Assembly (NCBI GenBank): GCA_951406725.2
Contig: OX597820.1
Coordinates: forward strand, 50,468,001-50,532,000
Direction of reading: 5' to 3'
Source of the DNA: Octopus vulgaris
Lineage: Eukaryota
Length of the DNA: 64,000 nt
This document shows positions 1-12,591 of this stretch, in pieces. Position 1 is the stretch's first letter; the number at the start of each line of letters is the position of its first letter. The position numbers were made by a program, and so were the translations under genes. Below the pieces are notes generated by a model. That model saw only the letters and a program-made list of their open reading frames with translations, was not told where the DNA came from and made no database searches.

Positions 1-2
1 GC

Positions 3-655
3 ATGAACTCTGCTCAGAAAAGAGCTGCTTTGTACATCTTCCGCAGAATCATGTCTCAAACTACGGAGACTCAGTATCGTGGGAAACACTGCAGGCAAGG
101 TGTAGCTGCGAATAGGATCCTCTCCAAAACAGCAATAGCGATTGGAGTGCCTCAGACAACTGTCTTGGTGACGCTGCTCTTTATAGTTGCTCTTTCAGAC
201 ATGCCATCAGTTGCACAGATAGTCACATTTTCTAGCAATGAAAGAACCTTTCGATTCCACTTTTCTACAGGAATAACTAGATGCTATATATATCGATGGG
301 CTGAAGAAAATAGTATGCAATTTAATGCAGGAAAATTCAAAGCCATTCACCAAAGTCTAGTTTGTGGTAGCATGTCGCAACAAAGATATTTTTGTCCGAA
401 GGGATCGGAAATCCCACAGTTAAGTACAGTGAGTGATTTGGAGAATGGTATGAATAATCACGCCTCGTTTTATGTACATACTAAAAAGATGGTGGCAATA
501 TGCAAAAATAGTGGTTAGATGAATTTTAAGTAGTTTAAGAACAAGGAGCAAGCAAATTATCCTAGTTCTATTGAAGACATTTATCCTCAGATGTCTGGGC
601 AACTGTTCTCATCTTTGGCCATCCAACTGTTTGAAATTAATAGCAGGGCTTGCGG
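3..655 (+). mobile_element. Degenerate CR1/L2/Jockey-group LINE, reverse transcriptase C-terminal fragment
   Basis: ORF 3..518 contains GVPQTTVLVTLLFIVALSDMP (decayed GVPQGSVLGPLLF..IND motif) and WAEENSMQFNAGKF (W...N.M.FN..K thumb motif); the YADD region is deleted. Confidence 0.7.
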
Positions 656-659
656 CAGT

Positions 660-771
660 CCATCATCATCATCGTCGTCGTCGTCGTCGTCGTCGTCATC
701 ATCATCTTTCTCCTCCTCCTCCTTCTTCTTCTTCTTCTTCTTCTTCTTCTTCTTCTTCTTCTTCATTTAAT

Positions 772-812
<41 letters not shown>

Positions 813-831
813 GTTGTTGTTGTTGTTGTTG

Positions 832-903
<72 letters not shown>

Positions 904-925
904 TTCTCATTATTATTATTATTAA
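660..925. repeat. Compound trinucleotide microsatellite (CAT/CGT/CCT/CTT/ATT/GTT)n
   Basis: Directly visible tandem triplets. Confidence 0.95.
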
Positions 926-1099
926 TCTAGCTGAAGAAACTCTCTTTACGCTCGTAAATTTATTGTTTTAATTTATGTCTCCAAATGTTGTTAATTAATT
1001 ATTTTGTTCTATAACTTTGTTGAAACTATCACCAATTCATAGATTACTCTGTTTGTTTGCGCTCCTTTGAGAACATAATTCCGAAAAGATAATTTTAAT

Positions 1100-2367
1100 T
1101 CGAGGTGGGGAGAACAATTATTTTAATGATTATGGCGTCGTCCACTCTGCTAACAGACATGGAGAAGGAAGTAAGAGATAGCTTTGATAGTGAGTTGCAA
1201 CACACGTTAGACCCCTCCAACTCTGAAATAGAATTCGAAGTGAACCTGCAACAAGATCAACGTACAGTGGACCACACTCAAACTATGAAAATAAACAGTA
1301 ACAGTATGGGAATCATATTCCAAATATGAAACAGATTTTCCAGCCAAAACCAACTGCAATAAAAGTACTAAAAGTGCCACCATCACCATCACCATCACCA
1401 CCACTCCAATAACAATAATTAATCATTGATAATTAATCATTGACAATTAAACAAACAAAATATCTAGAGCCTCGGCAACTTAAACGGCAACAATATTTCC
1501 ATTGTGAATAATAAGGACTTCAACATCTATAATAACAAAATACTCGTAGCACACTTTGAGAAAGGCACAGATCTATACAGGATAAATTTACTGCAAAAAG
1601 ATACATGTCTTAGCGGCTAAATTGATCAGGGCTGGAAATATCGTGTGCAGACATAGCCATCTGGTCTGAGATGTTGGCAGAATCACATAAAAATATGTAA
1701 TTTATAAATGTGTTTCCATAAGTACAAAGTGGGCTGAGATGGTTAGTCAGACGGGTGTGGAATTTGCGCTGAAAGGGATAATAACCGACCTCAAGAGCCA
1801 AGCAGTTTTTGTCCATTTCAAAACTCTTCAAGACTGAAGCTCTAACCGCCAAACATTCCGTTATATAGAAGTAGAACAGTAAGAATGAAAATTTTCAGGA
1901 AATCCACCTGAGGTAAATTTATGGTGGATTTTAGCGTGTATCGTATTAAAAGGGAGTATCAGCTTCGTTGAGGTGAAGTAGACCCGTCGTGAAAATTGGT
2001 CTGATATCAGTGTGGTAGTGCTACTCCATATAAAAGCAGACACGATCCATAAGATTCCAGACGTAATTCACCTCCTGGGAAGGGGAAAATCTGCACGTTA
2101 TGGTTGCTGCAAAGTAACCTATTTGGGGAAACTTAGAACATGAAAACTTTTTACCCACCACATTAGACAGAAAAGCATTGGATCCCTTTAGTGCCAACAC
2201 CAAGTCCACAAAAGTAATAACTGAACCACCAACAAACAATCGCAAAGTCAGTGTCAACTGCGTCAACGACATCTTTAATATGAACACCAATGCTGGAGGA
2301 ACACTAATACCAGTAACAACAGCAGCAGATGAATTAACCCACCACCACCACTACCACCACCACCACT

Positions 2368-2399
<32 letters not shown>

Positions 2400-2550
2400 C
2401 AGCAACACCATATTCAACAGCAGAAAGAACAGTTAGAACGGCTACACACAACAGCAGGGGCTCTTCCAATGAAGCTCTCCCTCTTCTTCTTCCTTCTCTC
2501 TATCTCCTCTAAACACAGATACATACTTACACTCGCTTACCGATTCCAGT
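1100..2550 (+). mobile_element. Probable decayed gag-like ORF1 of an L1/Tx1-type LINE
   Basis: Frameshifted pieces PLYRSRTVRMKIF/GNPPEVNLWWILA/VVVLLHIKADTIHKIPDVIHL/GENLHVMVA resemble RRM-to-zinc-knuckle ORF1 proteins, followed by a low-complexity T/Q/H tail. Many stops. Confidence 0.35.
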
Positions 2551-3216
2551 GACATTGATGCCTCTGCATCACGCAGTGAAATGTGGGTGAACCTGAAAAA
2601 ATAAGAAAAGGAAAACAAATATGAAAGAATAAAACATCATGCTCCACACCAACACACACATACCAATAAACATACGAAACACGCCTGCAACAACCACAAA
2701 CACACCTACAGAAATTGCAACCCCTTCAGCACCACAATTCTCAAGACATACACTGCTATCACAACCTGATCCACTAATATCACCATAGCTACGAGAAACC
2801 GTTCTCTAAATGCTTGATGCGTCGGAAAGACGCATTCAGCTTTTAGTATCCGGGGCCTACCTAATTTCGACCCTAATAAAGCACAAATTTGCGATACATA
2901 TCCCATCTCTCTATATCCTAATTTCGAAACATGTCGAGATAAAATTTGCTTTTAATCTTTCTACGTTTGACATAGAGAAGTACAAGAGTACACTTTGTCC
3001 GTGAACACAGTCGATAAATTTTATACTTATATCAGAAAAAATAATTTTCTAATATCATTAATCTTATTTGCACTCAATGTTTTTACTGCTATACGATAAA
3101 GTACAACAGCGTTTGTGTTTGGCACGAGCAACATTTTGAGCAGCTTTTTGTGTTGGTCTCTTGTATTTATCTTTTTTTAGTGAGAAAGTGTTTGTCTTGT
3201 GAATAAATCAATGACT

Positions 3217-3268
<52 letters not shown>

Positions 3269-3299
3269 CTTTCGTTCCTTCACTTCTCAGGTGGTGCCG

Positions 3300-4120
3300 A
3301 TTTCTTTTATTCTTCATGAATATTCACTACGATCTGTTGAATAAGTAATTGGTCATTTTTTTCTTTGCCTACATTTTACTATGATATCTTGTCATGCCAT
3401 TTTCAATTTACTTTAAATTTTCTTAATCGTATATTTAACGTTTTTCTTCCTTCCCATTCACAACTCTCTTCCTTCCTTCTTGTATGTTGGCGTCTTTGAA
3501 AGGAGAACATTTTTATATTCCCAGTGTTTTGTTCCTGTTAGAATCAGTTTCCCTTTATTCTTTCCAAGATGTTATGTAGTCCTGATTTGTCCTGACCTCT
3601 ACGTTGTTTATCGATTCCTAAGTATTTGTACGTCTCTGTTTGGTCTAATTCTCTTATCTCTATACATCTAACATGATTATACTGGCTTTCATTAATTTTC
3701 CCCCTCTTAATCTTGTAATTCTCTTTTTTTCCCACAGAACTGAATTTCGTGCCAATTTTCTTATCTGACATATATATCTAACATATCTATTTCTGCATTT
3801 ACCATTTAATAATATATGTACTATATCGCAAAACTGAATCTGTCGCTTGATTAATTGAATCATTAAAATGTTGGAGATTGAGTTTCGATTTTAACAATCG
3901 TGTGTGATATGTTAAGCATGTTCATCTGGTGTTTTTTTTCTAATACTGAATAACATTTTTTAAATAATTTGAATATATTTACTTTAAATATCAAACCGCT
4001 CCTACGTTTCTCTGATGCGTACGGTACTACGTTTATCATTGTTGTTATAGCATATTTTGTATGTTAAATTCCATGGTTTTATCTCCAACACAGATTCAGA
4101 CGTTTGAATGAGATCAATCA
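3300..4120 (-). mobile_element. Highly decayed R4/Dong-clade non-LTR retrotransposon, RT C-terminal region
   Basis: Minus-strand IRELDQTETYKYLGI motif (RT motif 7 in the R4/Dong style). Confidence 0.55.
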
Positions 4121-4774
4121 ATTATTTTACATTATAATCCTATTATTTAAATTATCCATACAAAAATTGGTTCATCAGGGGCATTTAATTAAGTTTAAAT
4201 CCACTTCAATTATTATAATTATTTAGAAAGCAAAAAACTAGCCAACAATATTTTGACTAGAAATTTGGCAATTAGTTACTATGCAAACGTTACATTGTTG
4301 TGAGTTATATATTTGCTACTCCATCGGTAATTAATCTGTGGATTACTGAACGCAGTATACTCATCCGGCTGTCAGTCCACTCCAGGGCCTTTAAGGCAAT
4401 AGCTCTTCACTCCTTCCCTCTTTCTATCTACCACTCTCTTAGATTTTCACAGTGACGAATTCAGACTACCTCTCTATCCGCTTTGCCTGCAAAATCCTTC
4501 CCTTTTTTGTCATGTTAATGACGGAAGCTACAATAGCCGTCCTTCGTTCGCCCACCTCTCTCTTCTTCCTTCTAAAGAAAGGAAACTGACAGAAATGACG
4601 GGTTCTTCTGTCTTCAAGGATAATGATTTGTTTGAACATTTCCACTAAATAGTCTATGTATGATACCAGATAAAGCCGACTTCGGCATAGGTTTAGATAT
4701 CAATTGAACATCTCAATGAGCGGTATATATTCCAAACTTGTGCAGTAACAAAAAGATGTCTTTTATATTTTCTG

Positions 4775-5150
4775 TACTCTTTAACTTGTTTCAGTCACTA
4801 GATTGCAGACTTGCATGGCTTTGATTTTTAGTCGAATTAATCTACCCTAATACGTTGATTTCAACCTGGTACATATCTTATTGTTCTCTTTTGTTGAACA
4901 GCTAGGTTACGAGGACATAAATACAGAAAAACCGGCTGGCAAGTGTTGGTGGTAGAAAAATACAAAGACACACACAGGCAGACATAGAAACAAACAGACA
5001 GACACACACATAGGCTACTTTCAGTTCGCGTCTGCAAAATTAACTCACAATGGCTTGGTCGGCCCGAGGCGAGAGTGAGAGTCACTTGACCAAATGACCA
5101 CACAATGGAACTGAACCTTGAATCAAGTCCTTGTGAAGCGTGAGCCTATC
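4775..5150 (-). mobile_element. SINE (family B: tRNA head + CORE-like body), degenerate
   Basis: Homologous to 29320-29712 and 62490-63030 (cttgtttcagtca...; ggtcggcccgaggc; gaactgaacc). Confidence 0.7.
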
Positions 5151-5339
5151 ATCAAACGATTTTGAGGTTAGGGAATTAGTTGATACTAGGAACCTTAGTA
5201 TCTAGCAGTAGCTTTATGTCGTCGACCCGGAGTAGATGTAAGGTAGCATTGGCAAGGTTGTAGTTAAATTAAAACTAGAGAAATGGGTATAAATAATGTG
5301 AAGATTTTAATCCGACGTTCTAACAACTGTAAATTTTCT

Positions 5340-6270
5340 GTCTTTGATAAATAGCGATGAATACCTGCTGTCATATGCCGCGAAAGATATGGGTGTAAAT
5401 GCAGATGAATTGATGGGCAAAGAGCTGAGAAGAAAAAAAAACCTTCTTGAAATGAGGATGCATGGACTGTTTGAAAGGAATACACAAGACGTTAAGGATA
5501 ATAGAGCATCGTGGGCATGGATTGAGCGAGGTGATTTGAAGCGTACCATGGATCATTGCTGCACAAGACCAGGCTCTCGCTACCAATTCAGTGAAATAGA
5601 AAATCTATAAAACTTTTGACACCCAGAAATGCAGTCTCTGTGAAAGGAGTGTGGAAAACGTGAACCACTTGTGCATCACTAAGTGTATGTGAGAGCCTTA
5701 CACATAAAGAATACGAATGCCACCACGAGAAAATGTGGCGGCATTTGTATTCATTGGCTCTTATGTCGTAAATACCAAAATGAAGTAACAGAGAACTGGT
5801 ATGAGCTTGTAACAAGGAGGATGGAAAGGTACCGATACTCTGGGACTATGATTTTCAGACGGATCGTATAATCGATCACCGTCACCCAGGTATTGTCATA
5901 TTGAGTAAGACACAAATATTGTCAGATCATTGATGTGTTCATACACCATTGACACGAATGTTGTGAGTAAAGAGGTTGAAAATATCACCAATACCCCGAA
6001 TTGAAAGTTGAAATACTAAAACTGTATATAATGAGAGAGGGTAAAGTAAAAATGACTCCAGTGGTGATCGGTCTTTGGCTCAACCACACTGAAACGTCAA
6101 GAGCTCTTAAGGCAACTGGGAATCCCATGCAAGACTGATGTCTTGGAAAAAGAAGACCTATTGGGTACAACGCACATCTTAAGGAAAGTATTATCTGTGA
6201 GGTCATTGTTGTGACTTGACAGATGACTCAAGACGGTGGTGCATTTTTACCTGCATTGTTTTACGAATGA
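5340..6270 (+). mobile_element. R4/Dong-clade non-LTR retrotransposon 3' end (CCHC zinc knuckle + restriction-like endonuclease), pseudogenised
   Basis: MHGLF..SWAWIERGDLKR, AAQDQAL, CSLC...ENVNH, ILWDYDFQTDRIIDHRHPGIV, PVVIG motifs across frames; ends in a (TAA)n tail. Confidence 0.85.
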
Positions 6271-6291
6271 ATAATGATGATGATGATATTC

Positions 6292-6325
<34 letters not shown>

Positions 6326-6335
6326 TAATAATAAA

Positions 6336-6620
6336 TGCCCTGATGAAGTACCAGGCAGTGGCACTCATGGCTTTTGATCTTAACTGATTGGAAGTGTTTT
6401 AATGTACATTGTTTTGTCTTGGTATAAAAGATAGGCTACAGCAAATATTCTGTTCTCTACCACAGATTTGCTTGTCATTTGTTTGTCATTATTCCAGTTG
6501 AGCATTTCCCTTAGTGGTTGACGATATGTACATCTGTGATCACGGGCAGAAATAATGCGAGAGCAACGTAGCCATGTGTTGAAAATAATTCTCTGAGGTT
6601 TGGATAATTCGCATTTGGAA
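6336..6620. repeat. Interspersed repeat abutting (AAT)n; second copy in opposite orientation at 17305-17441
   Basis: 6443-6580 is the reverse complement of 17305-17441 (e.g. ccttagtggttgacgatatgtacatct vs agatgcacatatcgtcagccactaagg). Confidence 0.75.
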
Positions 6621-6721
6621 ACGTTGAGTATTTCAGATCTATATTTAAGAGATGAGGAATTATGTACATTATTTACGTTATTTATATTTGATGCATACTT
6701 GTCCTAATCTTGTTTGTTGTT

Positions 6722-6768
6722 AACATAACGTTTCGGTTGATATAACCTCCAGCTTTCATCAGGTGACT
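6722..6768 (-). ncRNA. Minimal type-I hammerhead ribozyme (canonical C3:G8 core), partly decayed
   Basis: Minus strand: gtcac CTGATGA a agctgg-aggttata-tcaacc GAAAC GTT atgtt; palindromic AACGTT stem III; stems I and II imperfect. Confidence 0.6.
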
Positions 6769-6782
6769 CGAGTTATTTTTCG

Positions 6783-6865
6783 ATCTTCTTCTTCTTCTTC
6801 TTCTTCTTCTTCTTCTTCTTCTTCTTCTTCTTCTTCTTCTTCTTCTTCTTCTTCTTCTTCTTCTT

Positions 6866-6896
<31 letters not shown>

Positions 6897-7220
6897 TTCT
6901 GCTGCTGCTGCTTCTTTTTCTTCTTCTCTTTCTTTTTCTTCTTTTTCTTCTTCTTCTTCTTCTTCTTCTTCTTCTTCTTCTTCTCCTCCTGCTCCTCCTC
7001 CTCCTTCGTCATCATCTTCTTCTCCTCCTTCTTCATCATCTACTTCATCATCATCATCTTCTTCATTTTCATCTTCACATTTTTCTTCTTCATCATCATC
7101 ATCATCTTCTTATTCTTCTTCATCATCATCATCATCATCATCATCTTCTTCTTCTTCTTCTTCTTCTTCTTCTTCTTCTTCTTCTTCTTCTTTTTATTAT
7201 TATTATTATTATTATTATTG
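6783..7220. repeat. (TTC)n/(TCA)n/(TTA)n microsatellite array
   Basis: Directly visible. Confidence 0.95.
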
Positions 7221-7221
7221 A

Positions 7222-7297
7222 TCACTGCCTGGAATTGAACTCGGAATCTTGTGGTTAGTAGCCCGCGCTCTTAACCACAACGCCATATGCCCACAGG
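7222..7297 (-). mobile_element. tRNA-derived sequence (SINE head or tRNA retropseudogene) followed by an (AAT)n tail
   Basis: Minus strand gggcatatggcgttgtggttaagagcgcgggctactaaccacaagattccgagttcaattccaggc with A-box-like TGGCGTTGTGG and B-box GTTCAATTCC. Confidence 0.6.
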
Positions 7298-7299
7298 CA

Positions 7300-7640
7300 T
7301 AGACATAGAAGTAGGATATGAGCAGTTCCCATGAGCACTAACTTTTGAATTTCTGCCATTTTGGGGTTTCCTAGTATCTCAGATAGGTAGCAATCAGCAC
7401 CTTTTGCAAGGGCCCCTATGACAACAGGTATTGTTTTTGACTTCAGGTACCACATTTTGCTCATTTCTATTTCAAGATGTTTAGGCTTGCTCAGTTTTTG
7501 GTAGGTCTTGACAGATACATTCATATCGATTGGGATAGTCGTATCAATGAGGAGACATGATTTCTATCTGAAGTCTTTCAATATGATGTCTGGCCTATTT
7601 GCATCTATCTTTCTGTTAGTTTGAATGGTGAATTTCCAGT
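7300..7640 (-). mobile_element. R4/Dong-clade retrotransposon restriction-like endonuclease 3' fragment
   Basis: TDRKIDANRPDII..CLLIDTTIP.D.NVSVK..QKLSK..LEIE.SKMW..TIPVVIGAL..IQK.VLMGTAHIL: PD-(D/E)xK RLE signature. Confidence 0.9.
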
Positions 7641-8038
7641 GGAGTGAGCTGTGATCATTTTGAAGCATTGGAGGTGGTTTATGCGTCCACCAGTTTTTAT
7701 CATATGGCAACGGATAAGAGGGAAAATTATAATGCCATTTTTAAAGAGTGAAGATTTATACTGAACAAAAATGGAAACATCATGAAATACATGTATACAT
7801 GGCATACTAAATTCTGTTGTTCAATGTTTTCCAGGCTCATATATTTCTTAGCTATTCTAAGCTCTCATTCCATAAATCTTCTCGGGAACGGAACTCTTTT
7901 CCCGCCCTTTCAAGTAACTTGTTTAAAAGTCAGTGAGTGAACTATTAAGGATGAAAAGCTTTCTCCAAAGCTAATTTGTCATCTCTTCCAAACACCTACA
8001 TAGCGTGTCAAGTATGCACTGGCTACTGACATGCCGGT

Positions 8039-8697
8039 ATATTTTGAGTTTTCATAACGGCTAAAGATTCCTTGTCTGTAAAAGGCTGCAGCCTTATATA
8101 GGTACCAGGCAGAAAAATTTACCTTCCTCATTTAGTCAAACGAGGGAGATGTGGCATTTATCCTGATGGGTATGACTGACAGCCGGGTCCATCGTAAACG
8201 TGGTCCCCTCTGACCCACATGATAACACAAATCAGAAATGGCCGGAGACGGAACAAGCTTCTGCGAAATGGATTTGTGACTGTGCTCGCACATTTGGCAT
8301 AATCGTGTTACGACACTTCTTTTTCTGTTTAGTTTATCTTCAGCTGGTAACATCCATTTGTTGCACTGTCAGTGCAAGGAGGTCTGGAATTTATCTATTG
8401 TATTCTCCAATCGAAATGTTGTTTAGAACAAACTATTCATTTCTGTATTTCGACGCCCAGTCTTCCCCGCTATTAATTTTTTTACTACTTGTTAAACTTC
8501 CATCGATCCCGCCATCCGACAAGTTGAAGGTGGTGCGCGCCTGACGATGGTGTAGATGCTAGACACCCAGTTTCGGTATTTGTTTCAGCTAGAACAAGGA
8601 GAGTCGCTGTCAACGAGACACAATACTGAAAGGCGTGCACCAAGACTACAGCCTTTTACAGACAGGGAACCTTTTGAGGTGATGCTGTTCAAAATAT
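8039..8697. mobile_element. Inverted-repeat-bounded element enclosing an L1/Tx1 ORF2 3' fragment (minus strand, ~8096-8640)
   Basis: Imperfect ~57-bp IRs at 8039-8095 and 8642-8697; the interior translates on the minus strand to DKFQTSLH*QC / LPAEDKL..CQMC..HKSI..PAISDLC, resembling the L1/Tx1 C-terminal CCHC region. Confidence 0.55.
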
Positions 8698-8705
8698 ATA
8701 TATAT

Positions 8706-8930
8706 ATTTCTTTACTACCCACAAGGGGCTAAACATAGAGGAGACAAACAAAGACAGACAAAGGGATTAAGTCGATTACATTGACCCCAGTGCGAAACTG
8801 GTACTTAATTTATCGACCCCGAAAGGATGAAAGGCAAAGTCGACCTCGGCGGAATTTGAACTCAGAATGTAACGACAGACGAAATACAGCTACGCATTTC
8901 GCCCGGCGTGCTAACGTTTCTGCCAGCTCA
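8706..8930 (-). mobile_element. tRNA-derived SINE (family A)
   Basis: Minus strand gagctggcagaaacgttagcacgccgggcgaaatg...gagttcaaattccgccgaggtcgactttgcctttcatcctttcggggtcgataaattaagtaccag; related copies at 13760 and 34057. Confidence 0.9.
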
Positions 8931-9152
8931 TAGCGAGCGCATAACCGATCCGCTGTGTACGTGTTCTGTAGAGAGGGCCTCTTTAGCAGTGGAAGTCATC
9001 TCTTTCACAAGAAGTTGATATACTGGACAGTGTGGTAGGTGATAGATTTAAAATAACAGGAAAAAAGATGTACTCGTCTAAATGACCGAGAATACCTAAC
9101 ATGAAGAACAAGATCTACAATATTTAGAATATTGATGTTAACAAATATATAT

Positions 9153-9537
9153 CTCTCTCTATATAAACGGCAGTTTGTCTGTGTGTGTTTCTGTGTGTCT
9201 GTTTGCTTGTACCCTCACTCTGACCACGGCTTTCAACCGATTCTGATGAAACTTGACGCACACATAGCCCAATGTCATAATTCAAAACTAACGCAGCGAA
9301 AATTTTGAAAAGTTCCCCCAGTTCTGAAAAAGATCGATAAATTCGACATGGGGTCGACAATCAGAAACACAAACCACCGATGGTCTAGGGGACGCAACTC
9401 GACCTTTTTAACTATAAAAAAAAATTTACCATAATTTTTTTCCCCATTTTTTTGCTATTTTTTGGCTATAACTCTCTAAAAATGCTTTATAGTTATTTCC
9501 CTTACAAACCCGAGCAACGCCGGGCGATACTGCTAGT
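9153..9537 (+). mobile_element. Non-autonomous Helitron
   Basis: 5' TC(TC)TATATAAA start, internal (TGTC/TG) microsatellite, 3' hairpin cccgagcaacgccggg followed by CTAG|T terminus. Confidence 0.8.
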
Positions 9538-10707
9538 TGTCTATATATTTACACTGCTTTGTGTTATTTATTTACAACTTTACTACTTGATTTCGAATTT
9601 AATAATACTCACAGAAACTTTTTTTCCTTTCAGGAGTTCATATAACAATTAACAGTCAGATAACTATCGACGTCTACATTTTCAACAGTTCCCTTCCTAC
9701 ATAGCTTCCGGATTACGATAAAAATCAATTTCAATATTAATAATTGTAGCTTCAGTAATAAACATTACCATAATTTTAATTATTTACCCCGTGTTATAAT
9801 CATTGTGATAATTAAAAAGATATATAAACAGTATTATTAATATTTTATGAGTTATTATATTGTAATAATAATATATTTTATTAGGTATTTGTTAATTAAT
9901 TCACAACTAAACACTGATACTACAAACTGTCCATTAAAACCATACGTAGGCGTCTTTGTATTAAGCTGTGGCATTCATATCTGGGAGAATATCTCCCTCT
10001 TATTTTTATTTTTACAAGATATTTTTCTCACTTTCACTCACCCCTTCTCTCTCTTTGCCACTATGTTCTCCCCCTCACTCACTCTCTTTCTCTCCCTGTC
10101 TGTCTGACTGTCTCGCTCGCTTCCCCCCTCTCTCTCTCTTTCTCTCACTTATATTCTTTATTTTTTGCGACCTAAAACATACTTATTTCTTTTTTCATCT
10201 ACACCATATAACTATATAATTTTAGAAACCTGTCAATTTCAAAGTTGGTTTGCACGTCATTTCTTTCACCAGATTCTTTAGCGTTGTCCTTTTTTCCTTT
10301 TTTTTCTTCTTTCTTGACCATTCCGTCTTAACATTTTGTTAATGATATTTCTTCTTGGTATTCTAAACGCATAGATTCTATTTTCTATTCGTGCTCAAGA
10401 AGATAAACCTGAAAATAATCTTCCTACCTGATATAAACAAACTTAGCCAACTCTTCCAGAAATCACACTCGGCCTTTCAAAACAGAAAGGACGCATTGTA
10501 TACTATAGTCTTATGATATTCTACAATTTAAATAAAAAAAGGTGAAATGATAATGAATGAAAGACTTTTAGCATCATTGTAGTCAATCAGGACCAAAACA
10601 TGGCCACACACTCACACACATATTAATAGAAGTGTACGTGTGCATAGAAACCGTCCAAGATGTCATAAGTTAGGAAAAAATGCACTCGTATATCTGTCAG
10701 TACAACG

Positions 10708-10709
<2 letters not shown>

Positions 10710-10749
<40 letters not shown>

Positions 10750-10786
10750 TATATACATAAAAATACATACATATATATATATATAT

Positions 10787-10850
<64 letters not shown>

Positions 10851-10935
10851 TATACATATATACGTATATATGTATATATCTATATATACATGGATATATG
10901 TATATATATATATATATATAATATATCATATATAT
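10710..10935. repeat. (TA)n-rich microsatellite
   Basis: Directly visible. Confidence 0.95.
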
Positions 10936-10967
10936 CTTATGGACATTATAGATCAAATAAGCACGTA

Positions 10968-11835
10968 AGAGGTCTGATCAATAAGTATCTGGACTGCTGT
11001 CATGGTAGCAAATCTAAAACACGCATAGTAAAGCCGCTGGGCAAAAATTGTACTTACATGTGCCTTAAGTTTTAAGGATCTACCTCATTTCTGCTGTTTA
11101 CAACAGTGCTTGCTAGAAAGGTGTGTAGCGTGTGGTTGTCTCATTGACCATTATAAAGACAGTTGTCATGGAGATATCTGCTCAGAGGCCCACACAAAGT
11201 TACAGAAAATGTATGGGGAGGAGTGTATAAGCCGTACACAAGTGTATGAAGTGTATGAGCGGTTCAAACGTTTCCAAATGTCCGAAAAAATGTCGATATT
11301 GACGAAAGTTCTAAGAGATTCTCAACCAGCAGAACTGAGAAAAACATCACAGATGTGCTTGCATCTGTGAGGGGAAATCGTCGAATTACCATCCATGAGT
11401 TATCAGAGCATGTGCAGTTTAGTTATGGTTCAGTTAAGTCCATTATCACTGAAAAATTGTGTATGAGATTGTGCAAAAGTGCTTTCAGCTGACCAAAAGG
11501 ACACTCAGGTTTCAGTTGACGAAGATCTCTTTGACTGTGTCGAGAACAATGAAAACATTTTGAGAGTTTGCATAGGCCGCTGAGAAGATATCACCAAGCT
11601 TCAGGCAAAATTTTATGCAGATTCATGCTCAGCTTTCTGTCATAGGCAATGCGAGGACCACACGCTACACCCCTTCTTTCCGGTACTGCTGTAAACAGCG
11701 AAGGTGAGCTAGAATGTGGAAACTTTGTGCACCTGCACAATAGAGCTGAAGGTCCATCTGTGTCAAGTGGCTTCACATACGTGCTTTAGCTTCGTTACTA
11801 TGTCAACAGCCCTCATACACATTGATCAGACCACG
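10968..11835 (+). mobile_element. Internally deleted mariner-like element with ~200-bp inverted ends
   Basis: TA-flanked termini agaggtctgatcaataagtat / atacacattgatcagaccacg; the IR extends about 200 bp; internal HTH remnant LQKMYGEECISRTQVYE..FKRF and ENRRITIHELSE. Confidence 0.85.
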
Positions 11836-12591
11836 TATATGTAGTAAGAAAATTTGTGGACTAAGTTGAAAAACAAAGCTATTACAAAACTTGCAAGTTC
11901 AAACCGTGACCTTAACATCACATCCATATCTGGTGTATCTACATAGAAAAAGGAGGACAAAAACAAATTGAGACTTTGATATCTATTTAAATTATAAACC
12001 ATCTTATGCGAAATTATTCAAAGAGTTGAATAAAAAAGAAACATAAAAACTTCTTTGTTTCCCTATCCGCAGTATTTTGTGGAACAACATTTCCTTCATT
12101 GCTATATATATTTTTTTTATTTAAAGTTATAAAGCTACTTTAATATTTATAAAATATTCTTATTTATATATTTTATTCATAAGCTAACTTCTATTGTGTA
12201 GACTAATAACAAAGTTATTTCTCTTTTATAGTTTTCTATCGAGTATAATAGTATAATATTACGATAGTTATATAGAAGTATATAATCTAATAGATTTAGA
12301 CGCAACTAAAATACTTAAAAATAAATAATTTCACTCGCATTAAATTTGTAAAAAGATGTTATGAAGTAAAAGCCTCTGTATTATAGCGAGGCTACACCAT
12401 CTACTTCCAGCCTTACCAAGTTCACCCACCTTCCTGTAGACAAAATTATGATGAAGCCTATGATAATATGCCTATATGATAAATGCTTCAAAGATACAAT
12501 ATCATATTGAATAATTTGGGTATGTTGATAACCCGGGCACACCTAACCAAGGCATAGATCGATCTACCCTGTTGTGTTCGAAGCATATATA

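Noticed and set aside
2178-2552. PolyH/polyQ ORF suggesting a transcription-factor exon
   Set aside because: His/Gln runs come from (CAC)/(CAA) microsatellite; no domain or convincing splice context.
8120-8385. Apparent minus-strand exon (ttccag| ... aag|gtaaat)
   Set aside because: Stops in all frames; better explained as a decayed L1/Tx1 ORF2 C-terminus.
9243-9255. CTGATGAAAC inside the Helitron as a hammerhead core
   Set aside because: No stem II between CTGATGA and GAAAC and no stem I; same for 51648 and 6340.
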